Shown here piece by piece: positions 37,008 to 47,666 of a stretch of 64,000 nucleotides of DNA. The number at the start of each line of letters is the position of its first letter. Within the stretch, counting starts at the first letter, position 1. This DNA is from a virus (Duplodnaviria; Heunggongvirae; Uroviricota; Caudoviricetes), in the IMG/VR virus record IMGVR_UViG_3300024268_000012. One strand, written 5' to 3'. A program made the translations under genes and the position numbers. The notes beneath the pieces are model-generated. The model was not told the DNA's origin, did not search any database, and saw nothing but the letters and a program-made list of their open reading frames with translations.

Positions 37008-37952
37008 TTAAAACAGCGATTCAACAACAACTGTTTTTACAAGAGGTCCATAATGAATTTCAAATTGTCCACTAACCATCGCGGTCCATTGAACAGTTAA
37101 CACATTTTTATCTGTGCTCCAAGTTAATACATCAGCAACCTCTTTATTATCAGAAGCTAACGTAATATACCAATAGCAATCGGGATCAATAAGATTAGAG
37201 GTATAAGATACACTTTGCAAAGGTTTAATAAATGTTTCTCCAGAAATTTGCGGCGCCAATGGTGCCTCAACCTCTTTATTGGGATCAACAACCTCTACAA
37301 GCAATTCATCATGATGACAATCATAATCTTCTTCTGCAGTCACTTCCAATACTCCTGGTGTACTAATAGCATCAGGAGCTTGCACCATCCAAGTGCGTCC
37401 CGCAAATGAAAATCTACAGTAGCGCTCAAATAATTGTCGATTTTTTTCTGTATTTGGTACATAAAAAACTAATGACATATTCGGCACATCTGCAACAATA
37501 CCAGCCTTTTGAATTGTATTAATTTTAGTTTCAACTGGTCCTCTAATTGAGCCATAGATTGTTAATTTATCTCCAGTGTCTGGATCTTCTACTTCAATCT
37601 CTTGGCATCGTCTAATATTGCCCCTAAAGTAGGCTAACTCCGTTAACTCTTGTTTAAGAATAATCCAATGGATATGAGAATCCTTTGGCCATTCAAAAGT
37701 ATCACCCGGCTTAAAGTCATGTTTCCAATCGACCGATACAATTTTTTCATCATAGTCAAATTTCACTTTATCCGGATTGATTAATGCCCTACACCATTCA
37801 GCATCTTCTGCATCTTTTCTAATCCAACCAGATTGATAAGAATACAAAAGTGCACGATGAAAAGAGCGTTCTTTATCTCGAATCATGCGCTCACGCTGGC
37901 GATCATTATTCGCGTAAATCGCACGAATTCGCATTCTATCTAAATTATCCAT
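37008..37952 (-). CDS. Putative head-closure/neck protein with C-terminal Ig-like domain (314 aa)
   Basis: Intact ORF in the head-tail joining position. Beta-rich FKPGDTFEW...WIILKQE motif. Confidence 0.5.
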   Translation of the reverse strand: MDNLDRMRIRAIYANNDRQRERMIRDKERSFHRALLYSYQSGWIRKDAEDAEWCRALINPDKVKFDYDEKIVSVDWKHDFKPGDTFEWPKDSHIHWIILKQELTELAYFRGNIRRCQEIEVEDPDTGDKLTIYGSIRGPVETKINTIQKAGIVADVPNMSLVFYVPNTEKNRQLFERYCRFSFAGRTWMVQAPDAISTPGVLEVTAEEDYDCHHDELLVEVVDPNKEVEAPLAPQISGETFIKPLQSVSYTSNLIDPDCYWYITLASDNKEVADVLTWSTDKNVLTVQWTAMVSGQFEIHYGPLVKTVVVESLF

Positions 37953-38235
37953 CCAATAAAGAGTTAGCTAATTCAGTTAATAAAGAAATAGAACTAAATA
38001 CAGCTACTCTATATGTCATAAAATCTGTGGTCTGCGGCAAACCTTCTAATTTCGATAAAAGAATTAAAAGATTCAATTGATCGCCAAACATTGCCTATAG
38101 ACCATACAATTCATTCAAAACAGAGCCTAATTGCTTTTGCCAATCCTCATTATTTTCTCGCATTGGTAGCAATTTCCAAACTTGGTTTATTAAACGTCTT
38201 AAATCTTTATTGAGAGTTTCATTAGAAAAAATCAT
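37945..38235 (-). CDS. Small hypothetical protein (96 aa; 1 TAG)
   Basis: ATG 38235 overlaps the upstream TGA (ATGA). MIFSNETLNKDLRRLINQVWKLLPMRE...LYGL(Q)AMFG...LLDG-TAA. Confidence 0.75.
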
Positions 38236-38870
38236 TTTCCAATTGCCTCCCATCCCCACATATCATCACAGTTACAATCTTCTGTGTTAGAAGTTTTATC
38301 ACTAGTGATTGGGATCCAGTCTGGATCATCGCAATCGCAATTAATATTGCCATTTACATTAGAACCAGTACCAGTACCCACTGTTGTGGAAGTGGTAGCA
38401 CCTCCATCAAATACACTTTGTCTGAAGATACTCCAATTAGATTCAATTCTACCATCACTGGTATTTCTACGACGTTTATATAAACGTTGTGCGTGAGTTG
38501 ACTCACGCACATTCTCTGATTTTAATTGTAATAGTTTAGATAAATGATTGGCTTGAGAAGTCATTTTGAAGTCTGAACCAGAATACTTCATTCGAGTATT
38601 CTCAATAGAATTGATCTATCGCTCAAGCCAAGCAGTTTTCATCAAAAGAGCTAAAATATGAATTTCTTCAATCGTTAGATCGACATTATACTGTTCCAGC
38701 TCTTCGTCGTAGTTATACAATTGAAAACGAGGAAATTCAAAAAATGGGATGGCATCCAATAGAAACTGTTTTACATCACGCAAAGTATCTTCATAGGTCA
38801 ACTCAAGATACATATCATCTGTAATCTTGCCGAAGAATCTATTATAGATAGTTTCAAAGGATGTTGCCAT
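38232..38870 (-). CDS. Head-tail adaptor (neck) protein (212 aa; 1 TAG)
   Basis: Two track fragments joined across TAG 38616 (WLER(Q)INSIENTRMKYSGSDFKMTSQANHL). Helical adaptor-like N-terminus, downstream of the capsid block. Confidence 0.65.
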
Positions 38871-38873
38871 TGA

Positions 38874-39464
38874 TTACGCCTCCTGCTTTGGAGTGACTAC
38901 CTTATACTGCGGGACTGCGGTACGACGGCCAGTAGCAGGCTGTGCTTCCTCAGTCTTCACACGACGCACAGGAGTAATTGCTTCGGCTTTCACGCCAGAC
39001 TCTTCTTCCTCTGCCTTGCGAGCTTCTTCCAAATGCTTAATCGCTGCGGTTACGTCGAAGCCCATCTTTTCTTTGATAGCTTCACGCTTACGATTATCAT
39101 TTACTGGAAGTGCCACAGCGTGCTTCTTAATTAAATCAAGCACGCCTTCGGGAGCAAAATCCAAACAATCTAAGAATGCATCAATAGAACCTTTTTCAAG
39201 TAGATCAATAACACCCTTTTCATCCAAATAATATTCAGGCTCAACTTTTACAGACATTTCTTGTAGAGCGGACTCATCCTGAACAAATAGATGCTTGCGA
39301 ATTAGATTCATGCCGCCGGGCAAATAAGACAGAGCATTTAGTTCGTCCATAGAAATGGTTTTTACTTCGTTGGGAGCAAACTCGCGACGAACACCCATTT
39401 CCGGCACACTGTATACAACCATAGAACTACTTCTATTCTTTACAGAAACTTTCTTATCACTCAT
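38874..39464 (-). CDS. Conserved hypothetical protein downstream of capsid (196 aa)
   Basis: Intact ORF with SD AAAGGAG and TAA stop. Confidence 0.7.
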   Translation of the reverse strand: MSDKKVSVKNRSSSMVVYSVPEMGVRREFAPNEVKTISMDELNALSYLPGGMNLIRKHLFVQDESALQEMSVKVEPEYYLDEKGVIDLLEKGSIDAFLDCLDFAPEGVLDLIKKHAVALPVNDNRKREAIKEKMGFDVTAAIKHLEEARKAEEEESGVKAEAITPVRRVKTEEAQPATGRRTAVPQYKVVTPKQEA

Positions 39465-39485
39465 ATTTTAAAACTCCTTTTACTC

Positions 39486-39513
39486 AAAAATGGGGAGGGA
39501 GTGATCCCTCCCC
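39486..39513 (-). terminator. Rho-independent terminator after major capsid gene
   Basis: GGGGAGGGA/TCCCTCCCC stem followed by a T-run on the minus strand. Confidence 0.8.
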
Positions 39514-39528
39514 GATATATTTATTTAA

Positions 39529-40575
39529 TTAACCAGAAACCTTGTCACCATCATAAACCTTGGTATCCAAGGAGTTGTTTACATAAACGCAAATGTCAGG
39601 AGTCATAACGACGCCAACGCCAACCTTCTTGTAAACCTGGATTTCACGGCTACGATCCTTGTTAACATACTCGTCAACAATGGTAGCACCTTCCATAACA
39701 ACCTTAGCTGGCTTTACAGAACCAGGTAGGATGTAGCAATGGGAAGGATCAATAACCTTCTCGGTATGAGTAGCATCAGTGAAACCTTGTGGAAGAATAA
39801 CAACAGGATGATTCTTATAAGAAGCAAAGCGACCATTATTCCAGATAACATCCTTCATGTTGTCAGACCACATATTAGCATTCTCAGGACGAATGGTGCT
39901 AGCAAACTCCTCAGTGCAGTAGATGGTAGGAGTACCATAAGCTGCAGCAATAGAAATAAGACGATCGAATGCCTTCTCGTCGAAAGCAGAAGCCTCAACC
40001 TTATTCATGGTTGGAAGCTGATTCAAACCAGTCTTAAGAGCCTGACCGATCTCCCAGTAAATAAGCTCGTCCATGCCGTCCATAACGATCTTGGTAACTT
40101 CAGCAAAATCAGCACGACCATCAAGGAACTCCTCAAGACCGATCTGAGCTGCGCCACCAATAGCGCTGGTCTGCATTTCGATAGCAGTATCCTTACCAAG
40201 CTTAAAGACTTCGTAGATACCTGCAAGTCCGACCTTGGTAATAAACTGCTTAGCACGCTGACGATCATGGTGACGATGGAAGATAGCCTTATCGCCCTGA
40301 CCAATGGTCTTGATCTCAGCAAACTGACCATAGTTTTCCATAACCTTCTTAGGAAGTACTTCATCCATAGTCTGCTCAATTAGAGCAAAAATCAAATTCT
40401 TATTCTCACGATACTGAGCGAAAGTGCCAGCATACTCGTTGAGTTCACGGCGAAGAGTCTCATTAAGAGCATCATAAGTCAAATTCTCGCCGTTAAAGCT
40501 GTAAGCAACCGGAGCGGAGCGATCAGCTTTAGCAGTAGCCTTCATAAGCTTCAAAAGTTCATTTCTTTCTAACAT
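39529..40575 (-). CDS. Major capsid protein (348 aa)
   Basis: Follows protease/scaffold and decoration genes. Strongly biased codons, TAG-free, followed by a terminator; size and secondary-structure pattern fit an HK97-fold MCP. Confidence 0.8.
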   Translation of the reverse strand: MLERNELLKLMKATAKADRSAPVAYSFNGENLTYDALNETLRRELNEYAGTFAQYRENKNLIFALIEQTMDEVLPKKVMENYGQFAEIKTIGQGDKAIFHRHHDRQRAKQFITKVGLAGIYEVFKLGKDTAIEMQTSAIGGAAQIGLEEFLDGRADFAEVTKIVMDGMDELIYWEIGQALKTGLNQLPTMNKVEASAFDEKAFDRLISIAAAYGTPTIYCTEEFASTIRPENANMWSDNMKDVIWNNGRFASYKNHPVVILPQGFTDATHTEKVIDPSHCYILPGSVKPAKVVMEGATIVDEYVNKDRSREIQVYKKVGVGVVMTPDICVYVNNSLDTKVYDGDKVSG

Positions 40576-40598
40576 AGCTAGTTTCTCTCCTTTCCGAA

Positions 40599-41303
40599 TT
40601 ACTGAATACGCATGACCTTAACGGCCTTCTGCATATCGCCTAAATTGTATACCTTAACAACCTGCCACAACATGCCGGACTCAGCCTCGGTCTTAGCCAA
40701 GTAGCCCTTTGCATTAGGAGCAAGAATGTCACCAAGAGCAAGAGTTTCCTCTGCAACACAGTTAGTAGTAAAGATGTCGCCCTCATGAGTCTTGAATAGA
40801 CGAGGAGTCATCATACCCTGAACATCAGAAAGTAGCTGAGGCTGATTTAGATTCTCAATCTCATAGGACTGACCAATCTTCAAATGCATACGACCAAAGT
40901 CATCAGCAGCACCCTCATCAGTATAACCAGCAGCATAAACATCGGTCTCAGCACCGATAGTCTTCATCTGGTTGTCAACATCGCCCTTAGCGCCAACTGG
41001 GCTATAAACATAACCATTGTAGTCACGAGCGATCATAGCGAAGTCCTGGTCGGTCTCCCATGGAGCATAGACCTTAACTTCATTGAAGATAAGCATCCAT
41101 TCGCCCTTACCTTCAAAATCAACAGTACCATTTACATAGTTGTACTTAGCAAACTGACCATTCTCTAGGATCTTGATATCCTTATGAGCAGGCAACTGAG
41201 CATAAATTTCACCAGTGCGCTGTGCGGAGAGATGGTTAGGCTCAACCTGACCGAAGCCATAAGTTACATACTTAGCTTCAGGAGATAATCTTTTAAAAGC
41301 CAT
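40599..41303 (-). CDS. Putative capsid decoration/head structural protein (234 aa)
   Basis: Lies between scaffold and MCP, TAG-free, highly biased codons. GQVEPNHLSAQRTGEIYAQLPA N-terminus. Confidence 0.55.
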   Translation of the reverse strand: MAFKRLSPEAKYVTYGFGQVEPNHLSAQRTGEIYAQLPAHKDIKILENGQFAKYNYVNGTVDFEGKGEWMLIFNEVKVYAPWETDQDFAMIARDYNGYVYSPVGAKGDVDNQMKTIGAETDVYAAGYTDEGAADDFGRMHLKIGQSYEIENLNQPQLLSDVQGMMTPRLFKTHEGDIFTTNCVAEETLALGDILAPNAKGYLAKTEAESGMLWQVVKVYNLGDMQKAVKVMRIQ

Positions 41304-41329
41304 TTTTTAGCTCCTCCTTTGATATCTAA

Positions 41330-42739
41330 TTACATAGTTTTGGCAGTCTCACGCACGGCCTTAATCCAGGCTGGTGCATTGTCATTGCCATCGTCGTTGT
41401 CACCAAGGGAATAAACCATTGGATCCTGTTTTTCGGGTTCTTGTTTATCGTTATCAAGGCTGAAATTAACCTTGTTACGAACACAAATAATAGAAAGCTT
41501 GGCTTCAATATCATCCAAGGAATAGTTGTCAATATTAGCAACAACATCAGCCTTGTCAGTTTCAGTCAACATATAGAAGCCATCAATCATAGCCTGCTTT
41601 TCCTTACGATCAGCAGTGGCCTTAAACTCACGAAGTGGAGCGATTTCCTTCTCAAGAGAAGCACACTTTACTTCGAGAGCAGCATAATTCTTGGCGAGCT
41701 CAACATATTCTGGAATCTCTTCAAGATTATACTTCTTTTCTTTATTGCAAGAGCATTCAGACGCAGGTTTTCCGCACTTCGGGCACTTCTTGTCATCCTC
41801 GTCCTCTTCTTCATCATCGGACTTGGCGAACTTCTTCTTACCCTTCTTCTTCTTGTCCTCGTCTTCGTCTTCATCCTCCTCAGACTCTTCAGATTCCTTC
41901 TTATCCTCTGAATCATCTTCGTCCTTCTTTGGAGGGAATGGAGGCTTTTTCTCTTCTTTCTTTTCCTCTTCCTCGTCGGGCTTCTTCTTGAACTCAGTCT
42001 CTTCGGCTGAATTCTCGATATTCTGCTCCTCCTCAGTCATAGGGGTCTTAATATCCTCATTCATTTGAGTTTTTCCTCCTTCTTGTAAAGCTGTTTGTAA
42101 TTCTTTAATCATGGAGAACAATTGTTCCTTGAACTCTCCATCAATAGAGAACTGCGAAGCGATACCCGCTCCCTCAAAGCAAGGTTCGACGTTCTCTCCA
42201 AGAATACACAATTTTTGGATAATTGCTTCATTGATAATGAAAAACTTAGGCATTCCATTATCGTCTGTTGTCCACTTCCCTTTTGTAAGTTTATTATGAA
42301 GTTCCATGGACTGATTATTCCCCTTCTCAATGATACGCTTAGCCTCTGGGTACACATCATCCCAAATATAACCTTCAGTCATAAGGTACTCATGCTCAAC
42401 ACCATCATCTAAGAATTTCTGGAACCAGACTTTTGCTCCCAAATCAACGAAACCATATGGTCGAGTGGTATCAATAATATCAAACTTACCATTTGAAACA
42501 TCAATCATACGATTATGCTCTTCAAAATCACCAGTAGCCTCATTAAAAAAACCAACAATAGGGCAACCTGGCAATGACTTCGCCATATCAGTGGCAACAG
42601 CCTTGGTAATTACACTGTGGTTTCTATTGGGATCTTCTCCCACATAACACACTTTAATCTGACACTTAGAGATTAAAGGGTTAACAGGAGTGAAGTTAAG
42701 CAATTCAACAGTAGCTTCAACTGGAACACTAATATGCAT
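41330..42739 (-). CDS. Prohead protease-scaffold fusion (469 aa)
   Basis: N-terminal protease-like domain (ISKCQIKVCYVG..NRNHSVI..SLPGCPIVG, NNQSMEL, LCILGENVEPCFEGA) followed by an acidic/Lys low-complexity coiled-coil scaffold region. Downstream of portal. Confidence 0.75.
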   Translation of the reverse strand: MHISVPVEATVELLNFTPVNPLISKCQIKVCYVGEDPNRNHSVITKAVATDMAKSLPGCPIVGFFNEATGDFEEHNRMIDVSNGKFDIIDTTRPYGFVDLGAKVWFQKFLDDGVEHEYLMTEGYIWDDVYPEAKRIIEKGNNQSMELHNKLTKGKWTTDDNGMPKFFIINEAIIQKLCILGENVEPCFEGAGIASQFSIDGEFKEQLFSMIKELQTALQEGGKTQMNEDIKTPMTEEEQNIENSAEETEFKKKPDEEEEKKEEKKPPFPPKKDEDDSEDKKESEESEEDEDEDEDKKKKGKKKFAKSDDEEEDEDDKKCPKCGKPASECSCNKEKKYNLEEIPEYVELAKNYAALEVKCASLEKEIAPLREFKATADRKEKQAMIDGFYMLTETDKADVVANIDNYSLDDIEAKLSIICVRNKVNFSLDNDKQEPEKQDPMVYSLGDNDDGNDNAPAWIKAVRETAKTM

Positions 42740-42754
42740 TATTTAACTTCCTCC

Positions 42755-44362
42755 TTAATTAGCAGATTCCTTATTCTAAATAGTTTTTTCAGATTTCTGT
42801 CCATCTGGTTTTTCAGGACGACCGCCTTTATTTTCAGAGGAAGAACCTGTCTAAGAACTTTGAGCTTTCTTCTAAGCCTTCTATCCTAAGATGTCCTCAC
42901 CATTCATTGTAGAACTCATAATCGGTGGGATCATAATTTCATACAAGTGCAATACTTCATTTTCAAAGTGTGCAGTAGCAATAATAGCACTTTGAGAATG
43001 ACCCATCGCAATCTGCGGTAGCATCTTGGAGTAACCAATCTGCACTTGTTCCTTATACATCTTCGCAAGCTCGATGTAGTTGTAGACTGTCGTCTCCAAC
43101 ATATACACTCTAAAGTTATACTTCTTCTTACCGGGGAACTTGTGACGAACGATCTTGTTTAACATATTACCAAACTGTAGAATCAAATTGCGCATTGAAG
43201 CCTCATCATTTAAGATAGACTTTTCAAGAGCAATATTACCATCTGTATTAAACAAGTTCTAAGAAACACCAAATTGGTTATACAAAGTTCTTTCAACCTT
43301 TTCCAAATCATCGGTAGAGGTTGTAGTATTTTTATCCGCCAAGTCCGCAACAGAGGTATCCGCAAATGTAGTCATAACGTCTACACCAACCGCACGCTTC
43401 AACATCTGAACCGCATTGTTGTGAATATCTTTTGCTTCATCAACGTCAAAAATCAAATCACCATTCTTATCAAGAGGAAGTTTCTGAATTACAATTTTCA
43501 ACAATTTCTGCATGGTCTTGCGACGGTCTAAATCCTGCGCTGCATCCAAATCCAAAATCGCGGGAATCGCATTTGCAAGAATTGGATAGTCACTACCATT
43601 CAGATTTAATTTAATCGCACAAGCGGGATCAAGTAAATACCACCCAGCTTGAGAGCCAGATTCATCTTTAAGTTTGCCTTTCTTGTATAAAACATAACCT
43701 TTGGCAAACTCTTCTGGGAACATCTTTAAAATTCTAAGTCGCTGTTCAATAGTTGGGAACTTATCATCAAAGAACTTCATATTGAACTCAACGGCCGGCG
43801 AATCGCCAACCATATAACGACTGCGACAATAAGCAACTGGCAATTCCTGCAAGGTCATGCCATTAGTGGTATCTACAATATAACCATAGTAGCAACCATT
43901 CTTAATAACCTAAAGGGCTACATTGCCGCACATGTATTTAATATTTGAGTTATCTAAATAATTAAGAACCTTAGAAAACTCACTTAGAATTTTTTCTTCC
44001 TTGATAGAATCATCTTCAACATATGGAACAACATACCAGTCATATCTATACAAAAATGCAAAATATTTGCATAGACGTTCATAGATACCACTTACCTCAT
44101 AGAAGTAATTTGATATTTCACGCAAGGTGTTATAATCCTTAGTAGCTAATGCGCGTAAAACCGCATTCTTGTCACCATATGTACGATTGGTCTTTTTTAA
44201 AGCACCCAAATCTAAAATAGCATCATCAAGGGTTTGTAGACCAATACGAATCTTGCTAAAATCAAGTGGCTCATTATTTTCCGGATCAATATAATCAATA
44301 TCCCTGCGAGGCGGAGTTAATGCAAAACCTTTAGCACGGATTTCATCCTATCTTCTTCGCAA
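42755..44362 (-). CDS. Portal protein (535 aa; 7 TAG)
   Basis: TTG start after GGAGGTG. Single frame across TAGs at 44348, 43910, 43259, 42881, 42872, 42851 and 42776 to TAA 42755. Read-through gives FGVS(Q)NLFNTDGN and GGRPEKPDGQKSEKTI(Q)NKES. Canonical position after TerL. Confidence 0.85.
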
Positions 44363-44375
44363 CCGTCACACCTCC

Positions 44376-44732
44376 TTAATAGCCAGCCTTTGTCATAATA
44401 TAATCATAAGTAATAAGATTCTCTTCTGTATACGGAATTTCAACTAATGGGATTTCCTTTAATGCACAAAAACGACGTTTCTTGTTATCATTGAACTACT
44501 GTTGATAAAAACCTTTTGTTCCACCAAATTTACTTGATGGTTCATAATGTTGTTTACCTTGATATTCAATAAGGAAATCAATATTTCCATCATCGTCAAA
44601 TACACAAAAGTCAAACCGCAAAGGACGACCATTCGGGCTATTTAAACCCTCAAATGATTGTTCCATTGTGAACCGCAATCCCGCCTCTTCCAGAATCTCT
44701 TGAATCTTGATTTCTCCACGAGACGCTCTCAT
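44376..44732 (-). CDS. Small DUF559/Vsr-like PD-(D/E)xK endonuclease (118 aa; 1 TAG)
   Basis: SRGEIKIQEIL...LRFDFCVFDDDGNIDFLIEYQGKQHY...QQ(Q)FNDNKKRRFC...LVEIPY; TAA at 44376. Confidence 0.7.
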
Positions 44733-44744
44733 AATGGACCTCCC

Positions 44745-46487
44745 TTAGTTCATAAACATCATTTCAGAAATTCTGCCTTTGCGTTTACGCTTTTTACTAT
44801 CTTCCTCTTGTTTAATATAGTACAAGCCATATTCAAAAGCAGAGAACTTATCTTTCTTAATTGACTTATTAGCTTGCTTTAAAATGATGTTAACACCTTC
44901 GTTTTCTTCACGAAGATTCATCATCTCTTCCTTCAATATGGAAGTTAGAGTAAACGGTTTAAGATATTCCGCCCTCTCTTCAGGTTTCATATCTTGTCCA
45001 CGCTTAGTTCCCATTAACTTAACTTTTGCCACACGTTCATCAATCAGCATCTTTACTTTACCAGAAGATAACTGAGTTTGCGCATTCGCGTGAGCTTCAG
45101 TGTTAATAGGTGCATTGGCCTTAATAATATACATAGCATCAAACTCACAGGCATCAGTGCGGAACTTCTTATAATAATTTTCTTCATCGTTCTCAACACC
45201 AAAGTCAGGATAAGTTTCATTAGTATCCGGATCAATTTGAGTTTTTACCATATAGTCAACAAGACCAATACCAAGACCATTACCGTCGATAACAATACGA
45301 CGAGCCTTGTATTTATAGAACAACTTCTTCAATGCAATAGCTTGATCTTCAAAGTGTTCATCATGTAAAGTATAAATATTTACCAAAGTCTTTAATGATA
45401 CACCCGCAGTCTGTGGTGTTACCTTAAATACACAAACTACAGTATCGCAACCTTTACGACCTACGTCAACCGCAAGTACATAATACGCAGACTTCATAGA
45501 TCTACCAGAATACTCGTATTCAGGCTGCTTTAAGATTCTATTACGATCAAATTGCTCAGCACGGAAGAACGCATCTTCAATAGTGCCAGACCATTTAGAT
45601 TCATACTCACGGTCAAAAGAGGACTCATTAAATGTACCGTCCAATTTCAAGTCGCGCACAAAGTTCTTATCAAGTAATTTCATAAGAACAGGAATTCTCC
45701 AAGTACCACCCATAATACAAAACTTCTCCGGTTGCGTAATCTGTCCAACAAGCATTTGAATCAACTTATCATAAGCGAAAGTATTCTTCCAGCCCGCAGT
45801 TGTAACAAAGATCTGACTTTTATTCAGAACCTCTTGATCATCAGAAGTACCATCCGGCAATCTGCGAGAAACGTTCATAACTGGAATAATAACTTCGTTT
45901 AGGATAGTTCCATCTACGCCAACGCACTCCTCAACAAGTCCGCCATGTCGGCGCTTACCTCTTGATTTTTCGCTAGCACCCAAGTTATCAATATAAGAAC
46001 CACTTCGGAAAATATATTTACAATAGTCTTTACCTTCTAATGTTTTACCACGGCCCCAGTCAATCTCTTTTGCGAAGCCCGGCACAAGAGTACAGATTTC
46101 CTGGACTTTTTCTTTCAAAATACCAGAAGCCTGTTCCTTACCACCAGAAGTAACAAATAGTTTAGATCCCGCATATAGTACTGCACGAGTCATCAAAATC
46201 AAAACCGCAAGGAATGATTTTGAATAAGCACGCGGAAAGACCGCATACACGTATTTGTAACGCATAGCGGCCCGCAAAAATACTCGTTGATAAAAGAATA
46301 AGTTAAGCGTTTCCTTTGGAGGATTTGGCTGCCATTTACCTGCCATGAAGTCAACAAACATGTCAGGGTATTCGCGCCAATAGGCAATATACTAACGTGC
46401 GACCGGAATAACGGCCCGCACACGCTCTTCAGATAAACCAATTTTCTATCGGTCGTTTGAGAGGTTTAATAAGTCTTGTAAAGCCAT
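44745..46487 (-). CDS. terL: Terminase large subunit (580 aa; 2 TAG)
   Basis: ATG 46487 after AAGGAGG; TAG at codons 14 and 32. Walker-A-like FPRAYSKSF, Walker-B GGLVEE, FVTTAG coupling motif, RuvC-like YVLAVDVGR and KKDKFSAFEYG. Confidence 0.9.
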
Positions 46488-46488
46488 A

Positions 46489-47661
46489 TTATTCCTCCTT
46501 TAACATTTCCATCATCGTTAAGGCATCATCTTCAGCCTCTTGTTCTAAGAATTCATAGTGTTCGGCAAAGTCATCATCTTTCAATTCATCAAGAGAATCC
46601 ATATCCATAATTTCATCTTCATCATCAATATCTTCATCTTCTTCGCGTTCGGCTTCGCGCTGCAATGCCTTAACCGCAGATTCGATAAGATTACCAAGAT
46701 TCATCTCTTCAGTAACAAGAGTGTTAGTGTAGCCACGCAAGTCCGCAAGAGTTTCATCAACTCTATCCTTCGGCTTGTCGGTATAGAAACGAGGAATAAA
46801 TCCCTCTTCTTTTTCACATAATAAAACCAGTTCAGAAATTGAGTTAACAAACTCGCCAGCCTCAGCCTTATTCTGAACCGCAGTAAATTTAGCGGATTTC
46901 ATCAAAGCGTCATAAACCTTAGACATCTTTTGGAAACCTTCGATGTCGCCCAAGTCAATCAGTTGATGAGCCTTGATTGAAGTTTTACAAATAAGCTTTA
47001 AATAGTCTTCATGAGATGGAGTCTGAATATCGAACGATTGCATCATCTCTTGATAATACTTCTCTAACTGAACCCATTCATACGGTTTGTAGGTCTTGCC
47101 CCACTTAATCGCCAAGTAAGTTTTATCTTCTTCAGTTAGATCATCTTCGAATCCCACTGGCTCAAAGGCATCAATCGGAGCAGGCTCCTCTCGTGTTGCT
47201 TCTAGTTCAGCGGGTCTTTCAGGTGTCCTGTTTGCGGCGAGAGCTTCCTCAATCTCTTCTCCAGTATAGCCTTGTCGAGCCATAACGTCTCGCTTCCGCG
47301 CATCCATTTCAGCCTTAATCTTTTCAGTATCTTCCCATGAATAATTTTTGTATTGATTCAATTTCATTTTGGAAAGGTAACGACCCAAGATGGTCATACC
47401 AGTAACCTTGGTGCGGTCCTTGCCATAACGTTCAAGTAGAGTATTCCATTCCTCTTCAATATAAGGAACATTGATCTCTTCCAAAATCCATAAATAAGTT
47501 TTCGGATTCCAATTGTCTACATGTCGAGTGATGCATTTCTTACATTCAGGTAATTTACCATCGTCGGGGTATCTATCCAACCGATTAGATGTGTAAAATT
47601 GATCAGTATCCATCGTTCGACCGCAGACCTTACAATAATAAGTTTTATTTAAGTCTGCCAT
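46489..47661 (-). CDS. Putative terminase small subunit, N-terminal Zn finger (390 aa)
   Basis: CxxC...CxxC (YCKVCG...ECKKC), helical core and acidic tail. Directly upstream of and coupled to terL; TAG-free. Confidence 0.5.
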   Translation of the reverse strand: MADLNKTYYCKVCGRTMDTDQFYTSNRLDRYPDDGKLPECKKCITRHVDNWNPKTYLWILEEINVPYIEEEWNTLLERYGKDRTKVTGMTILGRYLSKMKLNQYKNYSWEDTEKIKAEMDARKRDVMARQGYTGEEIEEALAANRTPERPAELEATREEPAPIDAFEPVGFEDDLTEEDKTYLAIKWGKTYKPYEWVQLEKYYQEMMQSFDIQTPSHEDYLKLICKTSIKAHQLIDLGDIEGFQKMSKVYDALMKSAKFTAVQNKAEAGEFVNSISELVLLCEKEEGFIPRFYTDKPKDRVDETLADLRGYTNTLVTEEMNLGNLIESAVKALQREAEREEDEDIDDEDEIMDMDSLDELKDDDFAEHYEFLEQEAEDDALTMMEMLKEE

Positions 47662-47666
47662 TCACA

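Noticed and set aside
39739-42647. Long plus-strand ORFs opposite MCP and scaffold (e.g. 39739-40383, 41441-41911, 41691-42068)
   Set aside because: Antisense shadows of strongly codon-biased genes; no SD, and low-complexity Ser/Phe/Leu translations.
44745-46487. Intron or intein in terL
   Set aside because: With TAG read-through the gene is continuous, of normal length (580 aa), and motifs are normally spaced.
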